Of a stretch of DNA of 64,000 nt, positions 51,967-62,818 are shown piece by piece (position 1 is the stretch's first letter; every line of letters starts with the position of its first letter). The stretch is taken from assembly GCA_963748815.1 (NCBI GenBank), contig CAVVKJ010000008.1, forward strand, positions 32,001-96,000, read 5' to 3'. The notes under the pieces are model-generated. The model did no database searches. It was not told the origin of the DNA and was given only the letters and a program-made list of their open reading frames with translations. A program made the translations under genes and the position numbers. Origin of the DNA: an uncultured Gemmatimonadales bacterium. Its GTDB lineage: Bacteria; Gemmatimonadota; Gemmatimonadetes; Gemmatimonadales; GWC2-71-9.

Positions 51967-52039
51967 ATTCCCTCCTCCCGATGGATCACGATGCGTGGTC
52001 CGATCACGAGACCCAATTCCAATTCAGGAGGAGTGCATC

Positions 52040-52462
52040 ATGTTGACGCTGACCCGCCGCCCGACCCGCATGCTCGACGACGTCTTTGCCGGCTGGCCCT
52101 TCGGCCAGGAGCCGGACGGTGCCTTGACCGCCAGCTGGGTGCCCGCCGTCGATGTCTTCGAAGACAAGGAGCACGTGCGGATCATGGTGGAGGTGCCGGG
52201 GGTCAATCCGGACGACATCAAGATCTCGCTCGAGCAGCAGACCCTGACGATCAGCGGTGAGAAGAAGCAGGTGAGTGAGGAAAAGACCGAGCGGGTCCAT
52301 CGGTACGAGCGGACCTACGGCAGTTTCACCCGCCGCTTCACCCTGCCCGCGACGGTGGACGCGGAGAAGATCGAGGCCAAGGCCGAGCAAGGTGTGCTGG
52401 TGCTCACCATTCCGAAGTCGGAAAAGGCCCGGCCGCGGCAGATTCCCATCAGTCTCGGCTAA
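52040..52462 (+). CDS. Hsp20/alpha-crystallin small heat shock protein
   Basis: PAVDVFE; ERTYGSFTRRFTLP; GVLVLTIPK; AGGAGG RBS. Confidence 0.95.
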   Translation: MLTLTRRPTRMLDDVFAGWPFGQEPDGALTASWVPAVDVFEDKEHVRIMVEVPGVNPDDIKISLEQQTLTISGEKKQVSEEKTERVHRYERTYGSFTRRFTLPATVDAEKIEAKAEQGVLVLTIPKSEKARPRQIPISLG

Positions 52463-52484
52463 TCGGCGCACACGCTCGCCGTAC

Positions 52485-52526
52485 GACGCCCCTCCCCGGC
52501 TTGTCCGGGGAGGGGCGCCGTCTTTT
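52485..52526 (+). terminator. Intrinsic terminator after hsp20
   Basis: CGCCCCTCCCCGG-loop-CCGGGGAGGGGCG followed by TTTT. Confidence 0.7.
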
Positions 52527-52594
52527 GGGGTGCTTGACGCCCGCTTGACCCTGCCGCCCCATCCTCCTCCCGTCCAGCAACGAGGGAGGACCCG

Positions 52595-52945
52595 ATGCGC
52601 CGCACCCCATTGACCGCCGCCATGCTCCTGGCCGTCCACCTGTCGGCCTGCACCAGCTATCAGGCCCTCGCCAACCCGTCGGTCGAACTCGGCGCGTCCC
52701 CGATGCAACTCGACGAAGTCCGCGTCACACCGGTGACCGGCAAGCGATTCTACCTCACCTCGTCCCTCATCTCGGGCGACTCTCTCTTTGGCGTGCGGTC
52801 CGGAGGCGACCGGACCGCTATCGCGCTCTCCGACGTGAAGCGAATCGAGGCGCGCTATGTCTCGACCACCTTGGTCGGAACGCTGTTCTGCGTGGTCGCG
52901 GTGTTTGCGGTCAACGCCGAGTCCTGCTCGGTGGACTCGGAGTAG
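52595..52945 (+). CDS. Small lipoprotein
   Basis: LSAC lipobox; VRVT..G...GDSL.G. Confidence 0.75.
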   Translation: MRRTPLTAAMLLAVHLSACTSYQALANPSVELGASPMQLDEVRVTPVTGKRFYLTSSLISGDSLFGVRSGGDRTAIALSDVKRIEARYVSTTLVGTLFCVVAVFAVNAESCSVDSE

Positions 52946-52947
52946 CC

Positions 52948-53319
52948 ATGCGCGCGCTTCGCGGTCGTCTGCGCCTGTCGATCAACCTCCTGCTGCTGGC
53001 GGTGTTCCTCCCCGGCTGCGCCACGTATTCGGTCATGCCCGATCCGGCGTCGACTCTGAAAGCGCCGCAGACCGAGTTCAAGCAGGTGCGCGTCATGCTC
53101 CGGTCCGGCGAAGAATTTACCCTGCAATCTCCGCGCGTCGAGGGCGATTCGCTGCGGGGGACCTGGCCGAACTCCCTGGTGCAGAGTGTGGCCTTGACTG
53201 ATGTCGCCACCGTGCGAGTGAAGCGGAGCAACGTCGGAAGGACAGCGGGCTTGGTGGTGCTTTCGGCCGCAGCGGTATGGGGAATACTCTTGACCTTCGC
53301 GCTTGTCGTTTCCGATTGA
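52948..53319 (+). CDS. Small lipoprotein, paralog of the previous gene
   Basis: LPGC lipobox; VRVM..G...GDSL.G; C-terminal TM. Confidence 0.75.
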   Translation: MRALRGRLRLSINLLLLAVFLPGCATYSVMPDPASTLKAPQTEFKQVRVMLRSGEEFTLQSPRVEGDSLRGTWPNSLVQSVALTDVATVRVKRSNVGRTAGLVVLSAAAVWGILLTFALVVSD

Positions 53320-53376
53320 CTACGGAAAGCGTCGCCACGGTTCAGGTGGGTGACGGAGTCTCGAACGTGGGCATTC

Positions 53377-54048
53377 TCAGGTCGCGCCCACGTCCAACCC
53401 CGCCTCCAGCGCGAACCGCGTCAGCCCCGCCACCGTGCGGATCCGAAGCTTCCGCATCAGGCTCTCCCGGTGCGTCTCCACCGTCCGGTGGCTGATCCCG
53501 AACCGCGCCGCGATCTCCTTGTTGGTCTCCCCCTTCACGATGCCCAGCAGTACGTCTCGCTCCCGGCCGGTGAGCGCGTCCAGCGCCTGCCCCCGCTGCG
53601 CCTCCTCGAGCTCGCCCCGCACCGCGGTCGTCAGCATCGCGGCGATGCGCTGGCTGTAGTACGACTCCCCCGCGTGCACCGCCGACACCGCGGCCCGCAG
53701 TTCGGTGGCGGCCAGGTCCTTCAGCAGATACGCGTGCGCCCCCGCCCGCACCGCCTCCAGCACGTACTCCGGATTGTCGTGCATGCTGAGGATGACCACC
53801 CGCACGTCGGGCAGTTCCTCGTGCAGCGCCGCCGCCACCTGCAGTCCGGTCATCCCCGGCATCGTAATGTCGAGCACCGCCACGTCAGGCGTCGCCTCCC
53901 GCGCCAACGCCAGCGCCTCGTCGCCGCTCGCCGCCTCGGCGACCACCTCGAACCCCGGTTCCTGCCGGAAGACGTGGCGAATGCCCTCGCGGACAATGGC
54001 GTGGTCGTCGGCGATCAGGATGCGAATGGGGCTGGCGCTGTCAGTCAT
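53377..54048 (-). CDS. NarL/LuxR family response regulator
   Basis: IADDH; LDITMP; LTGRE; TVETHR. Confidence 0.95.
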   Translation of the reverse strand: MTDSASPIRILIADDHAIVREGIRHVFRQEPGFEVVAEAASGDEALALAREATPDVAVLDITMPGMTGLQVAAALHEELPDVRVVILSMHDNPEYVLEAVRAGAHAYLLKDLAATELRAAVSAVHAGESYYSQRIAAMLTTAVRGELEEAQRGQALDALTGRERDVLLGIVKGETNKEIAARFGISHRTVETHRESLMRKLRIRTVAGLTRFALEAGLDVGAT

Positions 54049-55831
54049 GCGTCGGTCCTCGGCTGGTGGTGTCCGGCGTGGTGGCGTCGCGCGGGAGGCC
54101 GACCCGCACCCGGAGCCCCTTGCCCGCGGGCGCCTCGATGGAAACGGTGCCGCCGAGCGCCCCGATCCGCTCCCGCATGCCGGTGATCCCCATGTGTCCC
54201 GGACGCTCGATCGTGTCGGGGGTGATGCCCGCCGGCAGGCCCCGGCCGTCGTCCTGGACCGTCAAGGTCAGCCCGCGGTCGGCCTGGGATATCGTGACGG
54301 TGATCGAGCGTGCTTCGGCGTGACGCGCCACGTTGGACAGCGCCTCCTGCAACGCCCGGAAGAGCGCAAGTTCGGCGTCCTTGGAGAGCGGGCGCAGGGT
54401 GGCCGGCGCGTCGAGTGTCACCACCAGCCCGCTCCGCTGCGTAAACTCGGTAATCAGCGAGCGGAGCGCCGGCAGCAGGCCGAGATCGTCGAGCAGCGAC
54501 GGCCGCAGCGAATGCACCACGCTCCGGATGCCGCGGATGCCGGTGTCGACCAGGTCGAGCGCGTGGTCGATCCGCACGGTCGCCTCGGGGGGCACTCCGT
54601 TCCGCAGGACGCCCAGCTCCATCTTGACCGCCGAAAAGACTTGTGCTGTCTCGTCGTGGAGTTCGCGGCTGAGGCGGCGCCGTTCCTCCTCGTGCTGCTC
54701 CACCATGCGGGCGGAGAGCCGCGCCAGTTCCACCGTGCGCGCGTGGAGCCGGCGGGTCAGGTCGGCGTTGGCGAGGCCCGCCCCCACCTGCTGGCCCAGC
54801 GTCACCATGAACCCCTCGTCGAGGGCGGCGAAGGGATCGCGCGCGTTCCCCGTCAGGACCAGCGCGCCGGACGCCTCGGTCCCCCGGAAGACCGGGAGGA
54901 CCGCTTCGAAGAGATGCTCCCGGCCCTTTCGGAGCGCGGAGGAGCCCAGCTGGGGGCGCCCGGTGAGCATCGCCTGCTGCAGGCGCGCCGCCAGCTCCGG
55001 CGGCGGCGCGGGTGGCCACCCGGCGCAGGCGCCGGCGCCGCGCACGCAGTGGACTCCATCGTCGCCGCGCATGTAGAGCGCCGTGCCGCTGACCGCCGGC
55101 AGCGCCAGCGGGCGCTCGAGCAGTGCCGCGAGCACGTCCTGGTCTTCACGCCCCGCCCGCTGCAGGTCGCCGGAGAGCGCGCCCAGCGCGCTGAGCCCGC
55201 GGCGCAGGTCGTCGAGCACCAGGAGGAGGATGCCGGTCCCCACCGCCAGCTCGAAGAAGATGTCGAGGTAGTAGCCCCACGGATTCCACGCCCCCTGGGC
55301 CCGGAGTATCAGGTAGTCGAGGTGATGGACGCCCCAGAGGGTGAAGGCGCCGGCCAGGAGTCCCGCGCCGGTGCCCCCCACCCGGTCGAAGTGCCGGAAG
55401 AACACCCACCCCGTAGCGAGCGTGGCGAAGGAGAGGAACAGCACCGCCGGCAGCGCGGCCCAGACGAAGTGGTCGAGGCGGTAGATCGCGATGTACGACC
55501 AGACCGGCGGAAAGAGGGCGACGAGGAAGTACCGGTGCCGCCACCGCGGCTGGCGGACGAAGACCAGCGCCGCCCAGAGCAGCGCCAGCGCCGTCCATCC
55601 CGTGAAGACCTGGTGCCAGTAGAGCCACCCCGGCCGGGCGGTGGCCAGGAAGCTGAGGATGGCCCACATCCGCAGGACGTACATGGCCCACGCCGCGGCG
55701 AACCAGGCGAAATAGGGCTTGCGGTACCGCCGATACAGGTGGAGGCAGAGCGCGGCCAGCGCCGCGAGGATGACCGCCTCGAGGATGGCGGCCGCGCGCT
55801 CCATGCCGATCGGTGGGAGGGGCAGTTGCAT
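54041..55831 (-). CDS. Membrane sensor histidine kinase (HisKA_3)
   Basis: About 7 TM; ERRRLSRELHD; QEALSNVARH; DDGRG. Confidence 0.92.
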   Translation of the reverse strand: MQLPLPPIGMERAAAILEAVILAALAALCLHLYRRYRKPYFAWFAAAWAMYVLRMWAILSFLATARPGWLYWHQVFTGWTALALLWAALVFVRQPRWRHRYFLVALFPPVWSYIAIYRLDHFVWAALPAVLFLSFATLATGWVFFRHFDRVGGTGAGLLAGAFTLWGVHHLDYLILRAQGAWNPWGYYLDIFFELAVGTGILLLVLDDLRRGLSALGALSGDLQRAGREDQDVLAALLERPLALPAVSGTALYMRGDDGVHCVRGAGACAGWPPAPPPELAARLQQAMLTGRPQLGSSALRKGREHLFEAVLPVFRGTEASGALVLTGNARDPFAALDEGFMVTLGQQVGAGLANADLTRRLHARTVELARLSARMVEQHEEERRRLSRELHDETAQVFSAVKMELGVLRNGVPPEATVRIDHALDLVDTGIRGIRSVVHSLRPSLLDDLGLLPALRSLITEFTQRSGLVVTLDAPATLRPLSKDAELALFRALQEALSNVARHAEARSITVTISQADRGLTLTVQDDGRGLPAGITPDTIERPGHMGITGMRERIGALGGTVSIEAPAGKGLRVRVGLPRDATTPDTTSRGPTHD

Positions 55832-55900
55832 CCCTGCAAGATATTCGGGAAACGGGCCCGCCGCCGTCCGGTTCGCGGGTCGGCCCGCCGGGGTATAGCT

Positions 55901-57313
55901 TTGACGGCACCCCCGGAAGGAGCAGGCTTGGGCGCTGGACAGGGATCCACACCGTTCGCCACCGCGTACGGCCGCCTCATCGCCGCCTACCGCGCCGGTC
56001 CGACGGCGGAGCCGGAGGCTGCCGCCCTGCTCGCCGAGGTGGCGGCACTGGTGGCCACACGGCCCGTGTCCGTCGAGGCGGGGCTCTTCCTCTCCGGCGA
56101 ATACGACACCGCGAACCTCCGGTCGCACCTCCTGCGCCGGCAGGTTGAACTCCTGTCCGTGGCCGCGGGCGCCCCCGCCGATGCGCTCGAGTCGCTGGCG
56201 CGCGCGCTGGGCGGGGACGCGCCGCTTCCCGAGCACGCGGCGCTGCGCTACGAAATGGTGACGCAGGTCGTTCCGGTGTCCCGGGCGCACACCCCGACGG
56301 CCAAGGCGGTCGCGGCCCCGCCGCCGCTCTTCCTGATGGGTGCCGAGGTGTTCGCGGACGAGGATGATCGCGCCCCCTCGGCGTTTGGCGCCGAGGTCGC
56401 CGCGCTCACCGCGGAACTCGGCTCCGCCCGCGAACGGGGAGCCTGGATGGAGGCGCTGCACGCCGCGCAGGCGCTGGTGCGGCTCAGCGGCCGCGTCCCG
56501 GAGATGGACCGGCGCACGGTGGCCATCACCGCCCGCCGCGCGCTCTCACGCCCGATGCTGATCGGGATCATTGAACACGCCATCCGCACGCCGGAGGAGC
56601 AGGCGCGCGCCGCGGAAGTGCTGCAGTGGCGCGGCGGCGAGGCCGCTGACCTGATGCTCGAGGCCGTCCGGAAGACCGAATCCCCCGAACCGCATCGCTT
56701 CCTCCTCGACGCCCTCGCCCGCATGCCCGACGCCGTCCCACTCCTGGTCCCGATGCTCCGGAGCCCGCACTGGCACGAGGCGCGGCACGCGGCGGAGATC
56801 CTGGGCCGGCAGATGGTCCCCGACGCCCTCCCCGCCCTCCGCGCGCTGCTCGCCCACCCCGAGGCACGGCTGCGCGGCGCCGTCCTCGATGCGTTGGCGC
56901 GCTACCCGGCACAGTACGGGACCGAGGCGCTGCGGGAAGGACTCTCCCACCCGACTCCCGAGACGAGGCAGGACGCGGCGACAGCCATCGGGAGGCGCGG
57001 GGGCGGCGCCTTGGCGATGCCGCTCCTGGCCGCCATCGAGGCGGAGCGGGACCACGCCACGTGGAAGGTGATGCTCGCCGCCCTCGGGCGGATCGAGGCG
57101 CCCGAAGCCGCCGCCGCCATGAGCTCGGTCGCGCTCCGCCGGCGAGGATTTCTTTCGCGCGGGGGGTTTTCGCTGGCGCAGCGGCTCGAGGTCGTGGCGG
57201 TCCTGGCGGCCTCGCCGACCAGGGCGGCCAGGCAGGCGTTGACGAGGGTGGCGCGGGAGGCGGAGGGGGAGGTCGGTGCGGCGGCCCGGGGGGAGCTGGA
57301 CCGCCGCGCCTGA
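55901..57313 (+). CDS. HEAT-repeat protein (start uncertain)
   Basis: Repeats such as WHEARHAAEILG...ALPALRALL.HP...R.A...AL. Confidence 0.75.
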   Translation: MTAPPEGAGLGAGQGSTPFATAYGRLIAAYRAGPTAEPEAAALLAEVAALVATRPVSVEAGLFLSGEYDTANLRSHLLRRQVELLSVAAGAPADALESLARALGGDAPLPEHAALRYEMVTQVVPVSRAHTPTAKAVAAPPPLFLMGAEVFADEDDRAPSAFGAEVAALTAELGSARERGAWMEALHAAQALVRLSGRVPEMDRRTVAITARRALSRPMLIGIIEHAIRTPEEQARAAEVLQWRGGEAADLMLEAVRKTESPEPHRFLLDALARMPDAVPLLVPMLRSPHWHEARHAAEILGRQMVPDALPALRALLAHPEARLRGAVLDALARYPAQYGTEALREGLSHPTPETRQDAATAIGRRGGGALAMPLLAAIEAERDHATWKVMLAALGRIEAPEAAAAMSSVALRRRGFLSRGGFSLAQRLEVVAVLAASPTRAARQALTRVAREAEGEVGAAARGELDRRA

Positions 57314-57319
57314 CCGGGG

Positions 57320-57964
57320 CTACAGGCGGTGCACTTCCAGCTTCTGGAGGTGGATGCTGAGGTTATGGTTGACCCGCACGCCGACCACGCCCTTGGTGTC
57401 GACGTCCGCGGCCTTCGCCGAATGGACTTCCTTCCCGTTCACCATGAACGACACCGTGCCGTCCTTGATCAGGACCGTCAGCTCGTTGCTGGCGTTGCCC
57501 TCGGCGTCCACCGCCTTGATGGCGTCGTTGGCGGTCCAGTCCACGACCTTCGTGGTCTTGTCACCCATCCGCCGCTTGATCAGGAACTTCCCGTCGCCGC
57601 GGATCAGGAAATAGGTGTACGCCTGGTCCGGCCCCTGGAGATCCTGTCCACCGATGAACATCCCGTAAGACTCGGCGTGCATGGGCTTCGGCGGGGTGCT
57701 GTGCAGCAGGGCGACCAGGTGGGCATTCCCGCTGGTGGTGTCGGTCGGCTGGTAGAAGATGGCCGCCGGCCCGAGGGTGATGTGCCAGCCCGGCGCCATA
57801 TCCACGAAGCTCACCTTGGTGAGCGGCGCGCTGCCGTCCACCCGCGCCATCCACCCCTTGGGGAGGGTGCCGCTGCCCTGCACGGCCTTGTCGGGATCGG
57901 CCTGGCCGAACGCGGGCGCGGCCAGCGCCAGGCTGAGGGCGGAAATCGCAAGAAGTCGTCGCAT
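57320..57964 (-). CDS. Secreted concanavalin/DUF1080-like protein
   Basis: Signal peptide; YTYFLIRGDGKFLIK; FMVNG; GVVGVRVNH. Confidence 0.7.
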   Translation of the reverse strand: MRRLLAISALSLALAAPAFGQADPDKAVQGSGTLPKGWMARVDGSAPLTKVSFVDMAPGWHITLGPAAIFYQPTDTTSGNAHLVALLHSTPPKPMHAESYGMFIGGQDLQGPDQAYTYFLIRGDGKFLIKRRMGDKTTKVVDWTANDAIKAVDAEGNASNELTVLIKDGTVSFMVNGKEVHSAKAADVDTKGVVGVRVNHNLSIHLQKLEVHRL

Positions 57965-58076
57965 AGGGACCTCGAATGTGCGGGGGAAGTGTATGGGGGG
58001 GCGCCGGTTGCGAGGCGCTCCCGATCGGTATAAGCTACTCCGTTGACTGTCGGATGTTAACCCCGGGGAGCGCGCA

Positions 58077-58241
58077 ATGTTCGGTTTCGTCGAGATGCTG
58101 CTGGCGGGCGTGGGGGCAGGGATGATCCTGCTGGCCCTGACCTTCGTGTCCGCGCTCATCGGAGTCCTCGTCAATGCGATGATCGCCCTCTTTGCCGGGC
58201 CGGTCATCGATCAGGTCCTGGCCCGGAAGGCCGCCCGCTGA
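58077..58241 (+). CDS. 54-aa hydrophobic small protein
   Basis: GGGGAG RBS; MFGFVEMLLAGVGAGMILLALTFVSALIGVLVNAMIALFAGPVIDQVLARKAAR; absent from the ORF track. Confidence 0.55.
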   Translation: MFGFVEMLLAGVGAGMILLALTFVSALIGVLVNAMIALFAGPVIDQVLARKAAR

Positions 58242-58436
58242 TCCCCCCGGGCGGCCGCCAGACGCCGCCCTAGCCGGAATCCTTTCCTTCCAGCGTTCGT
58301 ACGTGTATCCTAGACCCCGCCCTCGAGGCGGGAACTTTTCGTAACTCCAAGCCGTATAAGCATCTTCGCCACGTGAGCCGGGGTCCGGTCTTCACCGGAG
58401 CCCCCGCGCCCTCGGCCTGTTCAGGAAATCGGCCCC

Positions 58437-61400
58437 ATGTTTCTCTCGGATATTTCCGTCAAGCGGCCCGTCCTCGCGACGATGATGAGCCTGGCCATCG
58501 TGCTCTTCGGGGCCATCGGCTACACCCGGCTCAGCGTCCGCGAGTACCCCGACATCGACCCCCCGATCATCTCGGTCTCCACCTTCCTCCCCGGCGCCAA
58601 TCCCCGGGTCATGGAGTCGGCGGTCACCGACATCCTCGAAGAGGAGCTGAGCACGGTCGAGGGACTCCGGACCCTGACCAGCACCAGCGGCGAGCAATCC
58701 AGCAACATCACCCTCGAGTTCAACCTGGGCCGCAGCGTCGAGAGCGCGGCCCAGGACGTCCGCGACAAGGTGAGCCGGGTGCGCGGCAGGCTCCCCCGGG
58801 AAGTGCTGGAGCCGGTCATCGCCAAGCAGGACGCGGACGCCCAGCCCTTCTACTGGCTCGCCCTCTCGGGCGAGAACTACAAGCTGCTGGACCTCTCGGA
58901 CATCGGCGACCGTGTGGTGAAGCAGCGGCTCCAGTCCATTCCGGGAGTCGGCAACTCGTTCATCGCGGGCGAGCGCCGCATCTCGATGCGGATCTGGATT
59001 TCGGCGAAGGAACTCGCCGCCCGCGGCCTGACCGTGCAGAACGTCGAGGCCGCCATCCGCAGCCGGAACGTGGAAATCCCCGCCGGCCGGATCGAGTCCG
59101 ACAACCGGGAGTTCACCGTCCGATCCCTGGGCGAGCTCAAGACCCCGCAGGAATTCGGCGACCTCGTCGTCGCCAACCAGGACGGCCAGCTGGTGCGGTT
59201 GCGCGACCTCGCGCGCGTCGAGCTCGGTCCCCGGGACGAGCGCAGCGTGCTGCGGTTCAACGGCACCTCGGCCGTCGCCGTCGGCATCGTGCGGCAGTCG
59301 AAGGCCAACATGGTGGACGTGGCAGATTCGATCCGCGCTGCGCTGCCGAAGATCGAGGAGGCGCTGCCCCCCGGGGTGCAGCTCCGCACCGCCTTCGACC
59401 AGTCCATTTACGTCAAGCGCTCCATCAGCGAGACGATCGACACGCTCTTCCTGGCGTTCGGGCTGGTGGTCATCATCATCTTCCTGTTCCTCCGGAACCT
59501 GCGCGCCACCATCATCCCCGGCCTGGCCATCCCGGTCTCGATCGTCGGCGCGTTCGGGGTGATGTACTTCCTCGGCTTCTCCGTCAACACCTTTACCCTG
59601 CTGGCCCTCATCCTGGCCATCGGCCTCGTCGTGGACGACGCCATCATCGTGCTGGAGAACGCCTACCGGCACCAGGAGGAACTCGGGGAGGACCCGGAGA
59701 CCGCCGCGATGCGCGGCACCAGCGAGATCGGCTTCGCCGTCATCGCCACCACCGTCTCCCTGGTGGCCGTCTTCGCCCCGCTCGCCTTCCTGCAGGGCAC
59801 GACGGGTCGTCTCTTCAACGAGTTCGGCGTGGCGCTGGCCGGCTCCGTCGTCATCTCCGGATTCGTGGCGCTCACGCTCACGCCGATGCTCTGCGCCCGG
59901 ATCCTCCGGGTGCCGAAGAGTCACGGCGCCGTCTACCAGAGCCTCGAACGCGGCCTCAACTGGCTGGCGGTCACCTACGCCGCCACCCTGGCCTGGGCCA
60001 TCCGCCACCGGACGGTGGTCATCGCCGGCGCCGGCGTCTCCCTCGTGGTGGCGTACGTCACCTTCAACACGCTCAAGCGCGAGTTTATCCCCGCGGAGGA
60101 TCGCGGCTTCTTCATGGCCGCCACCACCGCGCCGCAGGGCTCCACCGTCCAGTACACCGACGGGTACCAGCAGCAGGTCGAGGCGGTGATGGCCGGGGTC
60201 CCGGAAATCAACTCCTACTTCAGCGTCGTCGGGTTCGGCGGCGACGTGAGCGGCGGCTTCCTGTTCGTGAACATGAAGGACTGGCGCGACCGGGTCCGCA
60301 GCACGCAGGAGGTCATCGGCGGGATCATGCCGCAGCTCTTCGGGATTCCGGGCGTGATGGCGTTTGCCTTCGCACCCTCGCCGATCGGCGGGTTCGGGAG
60401 CCCGGTGCAGTTCGTGGTGCAGCACCCAGACTTCGATTCGCTGGCGGCGGTCATGCCCGCCTTCCTGGCCCGTGCCAGCCAGATCCCGGGGCTGGTCAAC
60501 GTCCAGTCCAGTCTCAAGGTCAACAAGCCGGAGCTGACCGTCCGGTACGACCGCGACCGCGCGGAGGATCTCGGCGTTTCCGTGTCGGACGTCGGCTCCA
60601 CGCTCGAGACGATGCTCGGCGGCCGGCGCGTCAGCACCTTCACCCGGGACAACAAGCTCTACGACGTGATGGTGCAGCTGAGCCCCGACGATCGCGCCAC
60701 GCCGTCGGACATGACCTCGCTCTACGTCCGCGGCCGCGCCGGGCAGCTGATCAACCTGGCCGCCGTCACCACGGTGGACGAGGGGGTCGGTCCGCAGCGA
60801 CTGTTCCACTACAACCGGGTGCCGTCGTTCACCATCAGCGCCAACCCCCTCCCCGGGTTCACCCTCGGCGAGGCGCTCGACAGCCTGAACGCGGTGGCGG
60901 CGGAACTCCTGCCACGCGGCGGCTCCACCGCGCTGAGCGGCGAGCTCCGGGAGTTCGCCGAAAGCGGCACGGCGCTCTACTTCGCCTTCCTGCTGGCGCT
61001 CCTGGTGGTGTACATGGTGCTGGCGGCGCAGTTCGAATCGCTGGTGCACCCCTTTACGGTGCTGCTCGCGGTGCCGCTGGCGGTCACCGGCGCGCTGGTG
61101 ACGCTGTTCTTCACCGGCGCCACCCTGAACCTCTACAGCCAGATCGGCATGATCCTGCTCATCGGGCTCGCGTCGAAGAACTCGATCCTCCTCGTCGAGT
61201 ACGCCAACCAGCTCCGTGAACAGGGCAAGGGGCTGCTCGAGGCCACGCTCGAGGCGGGCCGGGTGCGGCTCCGCCCGATCCTGATGACCGCCTTCGCCAC
61301 GATCTTCGGCGCCCTGCCGATCGCGCTGGGCCTCTCCGCCGGCTCCGAGAGCCGCCAGCCGCTGGGGTACGTGATCGTCGGCGGCATGTTCGTGTCCACC

Positions 61401-61511
61401 TTCCTGACCCTGTACCTCGTTCCGGTGGTGTACGTGCTGCTTGAAACCCTGCGCGAAAAGCTGGGCGCCCGCCGGCACGCCGTGGCGGCATCGCCCGAGG
61501 GGATCGCATGA
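58437..61511 (+). CDS. RND efflux permease
   Basis: [37 protein letters not shown]. Confidence 0.95.
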   Translation: MFLSDISVKRPVLATMMSLAIVLFGAIGYTRLSVREYPDIDPPIISVSTFLPGANPRVMESAVTDILEEELSTVEGLRTLTSTSGEQSSNITLEFNLGRSVESAAQDVRDKVSRVRGRLPREVLEPVIAKQDADAQPFYWLALSGENYKLLDLSDIGDRVVKQRLQSIPGVGNSFIAGERRISMRIWISAKELAARGLTVQNVEAAIRSRNVEIPAGRIESDNREFTVRSLGELKTPQEFGDLVVANQDGQLVRLRDLARVELGPRDERSVLRFNGTSAVAVGIVRQSKANMVDVADSIRAALPKIEEALPPGVQLRTAFDQSIYVKRSISETIDTLFLAFGLVVIIIFLFLRNLRATIIPGLAIPVSIVGAFGVMYFLGFSVNTFTLLALILAIGLVVDDAIIVLENAYRHQEELGEDPETAAMRGTSEIGFAVIATTVSLVAVFAPLAFLQGTTGRLFNEFGVALAGSVVISGFVALTLTPMLCARILRVPKSHGAVYQSLERGLNWLAVTYAATLAWAIRHRTVVIAGAGVSLVVAYVTFNTLKREFIPAEDRGFFMAATTAPQGSTVQYTDGYQQQVEAVMAGVPEINSYFSVVGFGGDVSGGFLFVNMKDWRDRVRSTQEVIGGIMPQLFGIPGVMAFAFAPSPIGGFGSPVQFVVQHPDFDSLAAVMPAFLARASQIPGLVNVQSSLKVNKPELTVRYDRDRAEDLGVSVSDVGSTLETMLGGRRVSTFTRDNKLYDVMVQLSPDDRATPSDMTSLYVRGRAGQLINLAAVTTVDEGVGPQRLFHYNRVPSFTISANPLPGFTLGEALDSLNAVAAELLPRGGSTALSGELREFAESGTALYFAFLLALLVVYMVLAAQFESLVHPFTVLLAVPLAVTGALVTLFFTGATLNLYSQIGMILLIGLASKNSILLVEYANQLREQGKGLLEATLEAGRVRLRPILMTAFATIFGALPIALGLSAGSESRQPLGYVIVGGMFVSTFLTLYLVPVVYVLLETLREKLGARRHAVAASPEGIA

Positions 61512-62818
61512 TCGCGCTGCCCCTGCTCGCGCTGCTCCAGATGGCGCCGGCCCACCGGGTGCCGCCGGTGGCGTCGCCGGACTCCATGCCGTCGGTCACC
61601 CTCGCCGAGGCGCTCCGCGAGGCCACCCGCTTCGACCCGAACTACGTGCAGGCCGCCGGGTTCGTGGCCGAGGCCACCTGGGTCCGCCGCGCCGCGATGC
61701 TCGTGTTCGTGCTGCCGTCGATCACGGCGTCCGTCGATTTCACCGGCTCCACCACGCCCTCGTTCAACTTCGGCACCAACAGCCTGTCGAGCACGATCGT
61801 GACGGCGCGGCTCGATGCGCGGTACGATCTCTTCACCGGCGGCCGCAAGGTGGCCGACTACCAGCGGGCGACGGCGGCGCTGCAGGGCGCGGTCGCCAAC
61901 GAGGCCGGCGCCAGCTTCCTCGCCGCCGCCCAGACCGAGGCCACCTTCTACGACGTCCTCGCGCGGAAGGGGCTGGTGGGCGTCGCCCAGCGGCGGGTCG
62001 AGCGGGCCCAGTCGCAGCTCGACATCTCGCGGGCGCGCGTCCTCTCCGGGGCCGCGGTGCAGACCGACTCGCTGCAGGTGCTCCTGGAATTCACGCGCGC
62101 CCGGGTCGACCTGCTCCGCGAGGCCGCGGGGCTTGAGGTGGCGCGCGCGGAGCTGGGTCGCCGGGTGGGTCTCGCGGTGGCGGTCGATGCCGCAGGCTCG
62201 GACACGACGACCGCGCCCGCCCTTCCGGTCACGCTCGAGGAGGCGGTGCAGATCGCGCTCGCCCAGGGTCCCGACATCCGCGTGGCCGAGGCGGAGGCCC
62301 GCGCCACCGCCGCGACCGTGCGGGCCCGGAAGGCCTTCTTCCTGCCGTGGGTGAGCCTCTCCGGAAGCGCCGCCGCCTACGACGACAAGTTCTGGCCGAC
62401 GGCCGCCGACCGCACCTCGGGGTCGCTGACCATCAGCCTCCCGATCTGGAACAACGGCGTCCGCGAAATCGCCCTCGCGCAGGCCAATGCGGCCAACGAC
62501 GTGGCCATCGCCGTGCGCGACGACCTGCAGCGTGGCGCGCTCGCCGACGTGACCCGGAGCTACAGCGCCTACGAGACGGCGGCCGCCGCGGCGGAGCTCG
62601 CGGCGGAGGCGGTCATCGTGGCGCAGGAGAACTACCGGGTGCAGGAAACCCGCTACCGCGCCGGCGCCGTGGACATCATCGAATTCCTGAACGGCCAGGT
62701 CGACCTGGCCGACGCCGAATCGGGGCTCGTGCAGGCCCGCTACGCCACCAAGCTCGCGCTGGCCGGACTCGAAGTGATTCTCGGCCGCCGCCTCTTTCCC
62801 AGCGAGAACTCCCAGTGA
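61508..62818 (+). CDS. TolC family protein
   Basis: TLAEAL; ISLPIW..G; RYRAGA. Confidence 0.9.
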   Translation: MIALPLLALLQMAPAHRVPPVASPDSMPSVTLAEALREATRFDPNYVQAAGFVAEATWVRRAAMLVFVLPSITASVDFTGSTTPSFNFGTNSLSSTIVTARLDARYDLFTGGRKVADYQRATAALQGAVANEAGASFLAAAQTEATFYDVLARKGLVGVAQRRVERAQSQLDISRARVLSGAAVQTDSLQVLLEFTRARVDLLREAAGLEVARAELGRRVGLAVAVDAAGSDTTTAPALPVTLEEAVQIALAQGPDIRVAEAEARATAATVRARKAFFLPWVSLSGSAAAYDDKFWPTAADRTSGSLTISLPIWNNGVREIALAQANAANDVAIAVRDDLQRGALADVTRSYSAYETAAAAAELAAEAVIVAQENYRVQETRYRAGAVDIIEFLNGQVDLADAESGLVQARYATKLALAGLEVILGRRLFPSENSQ

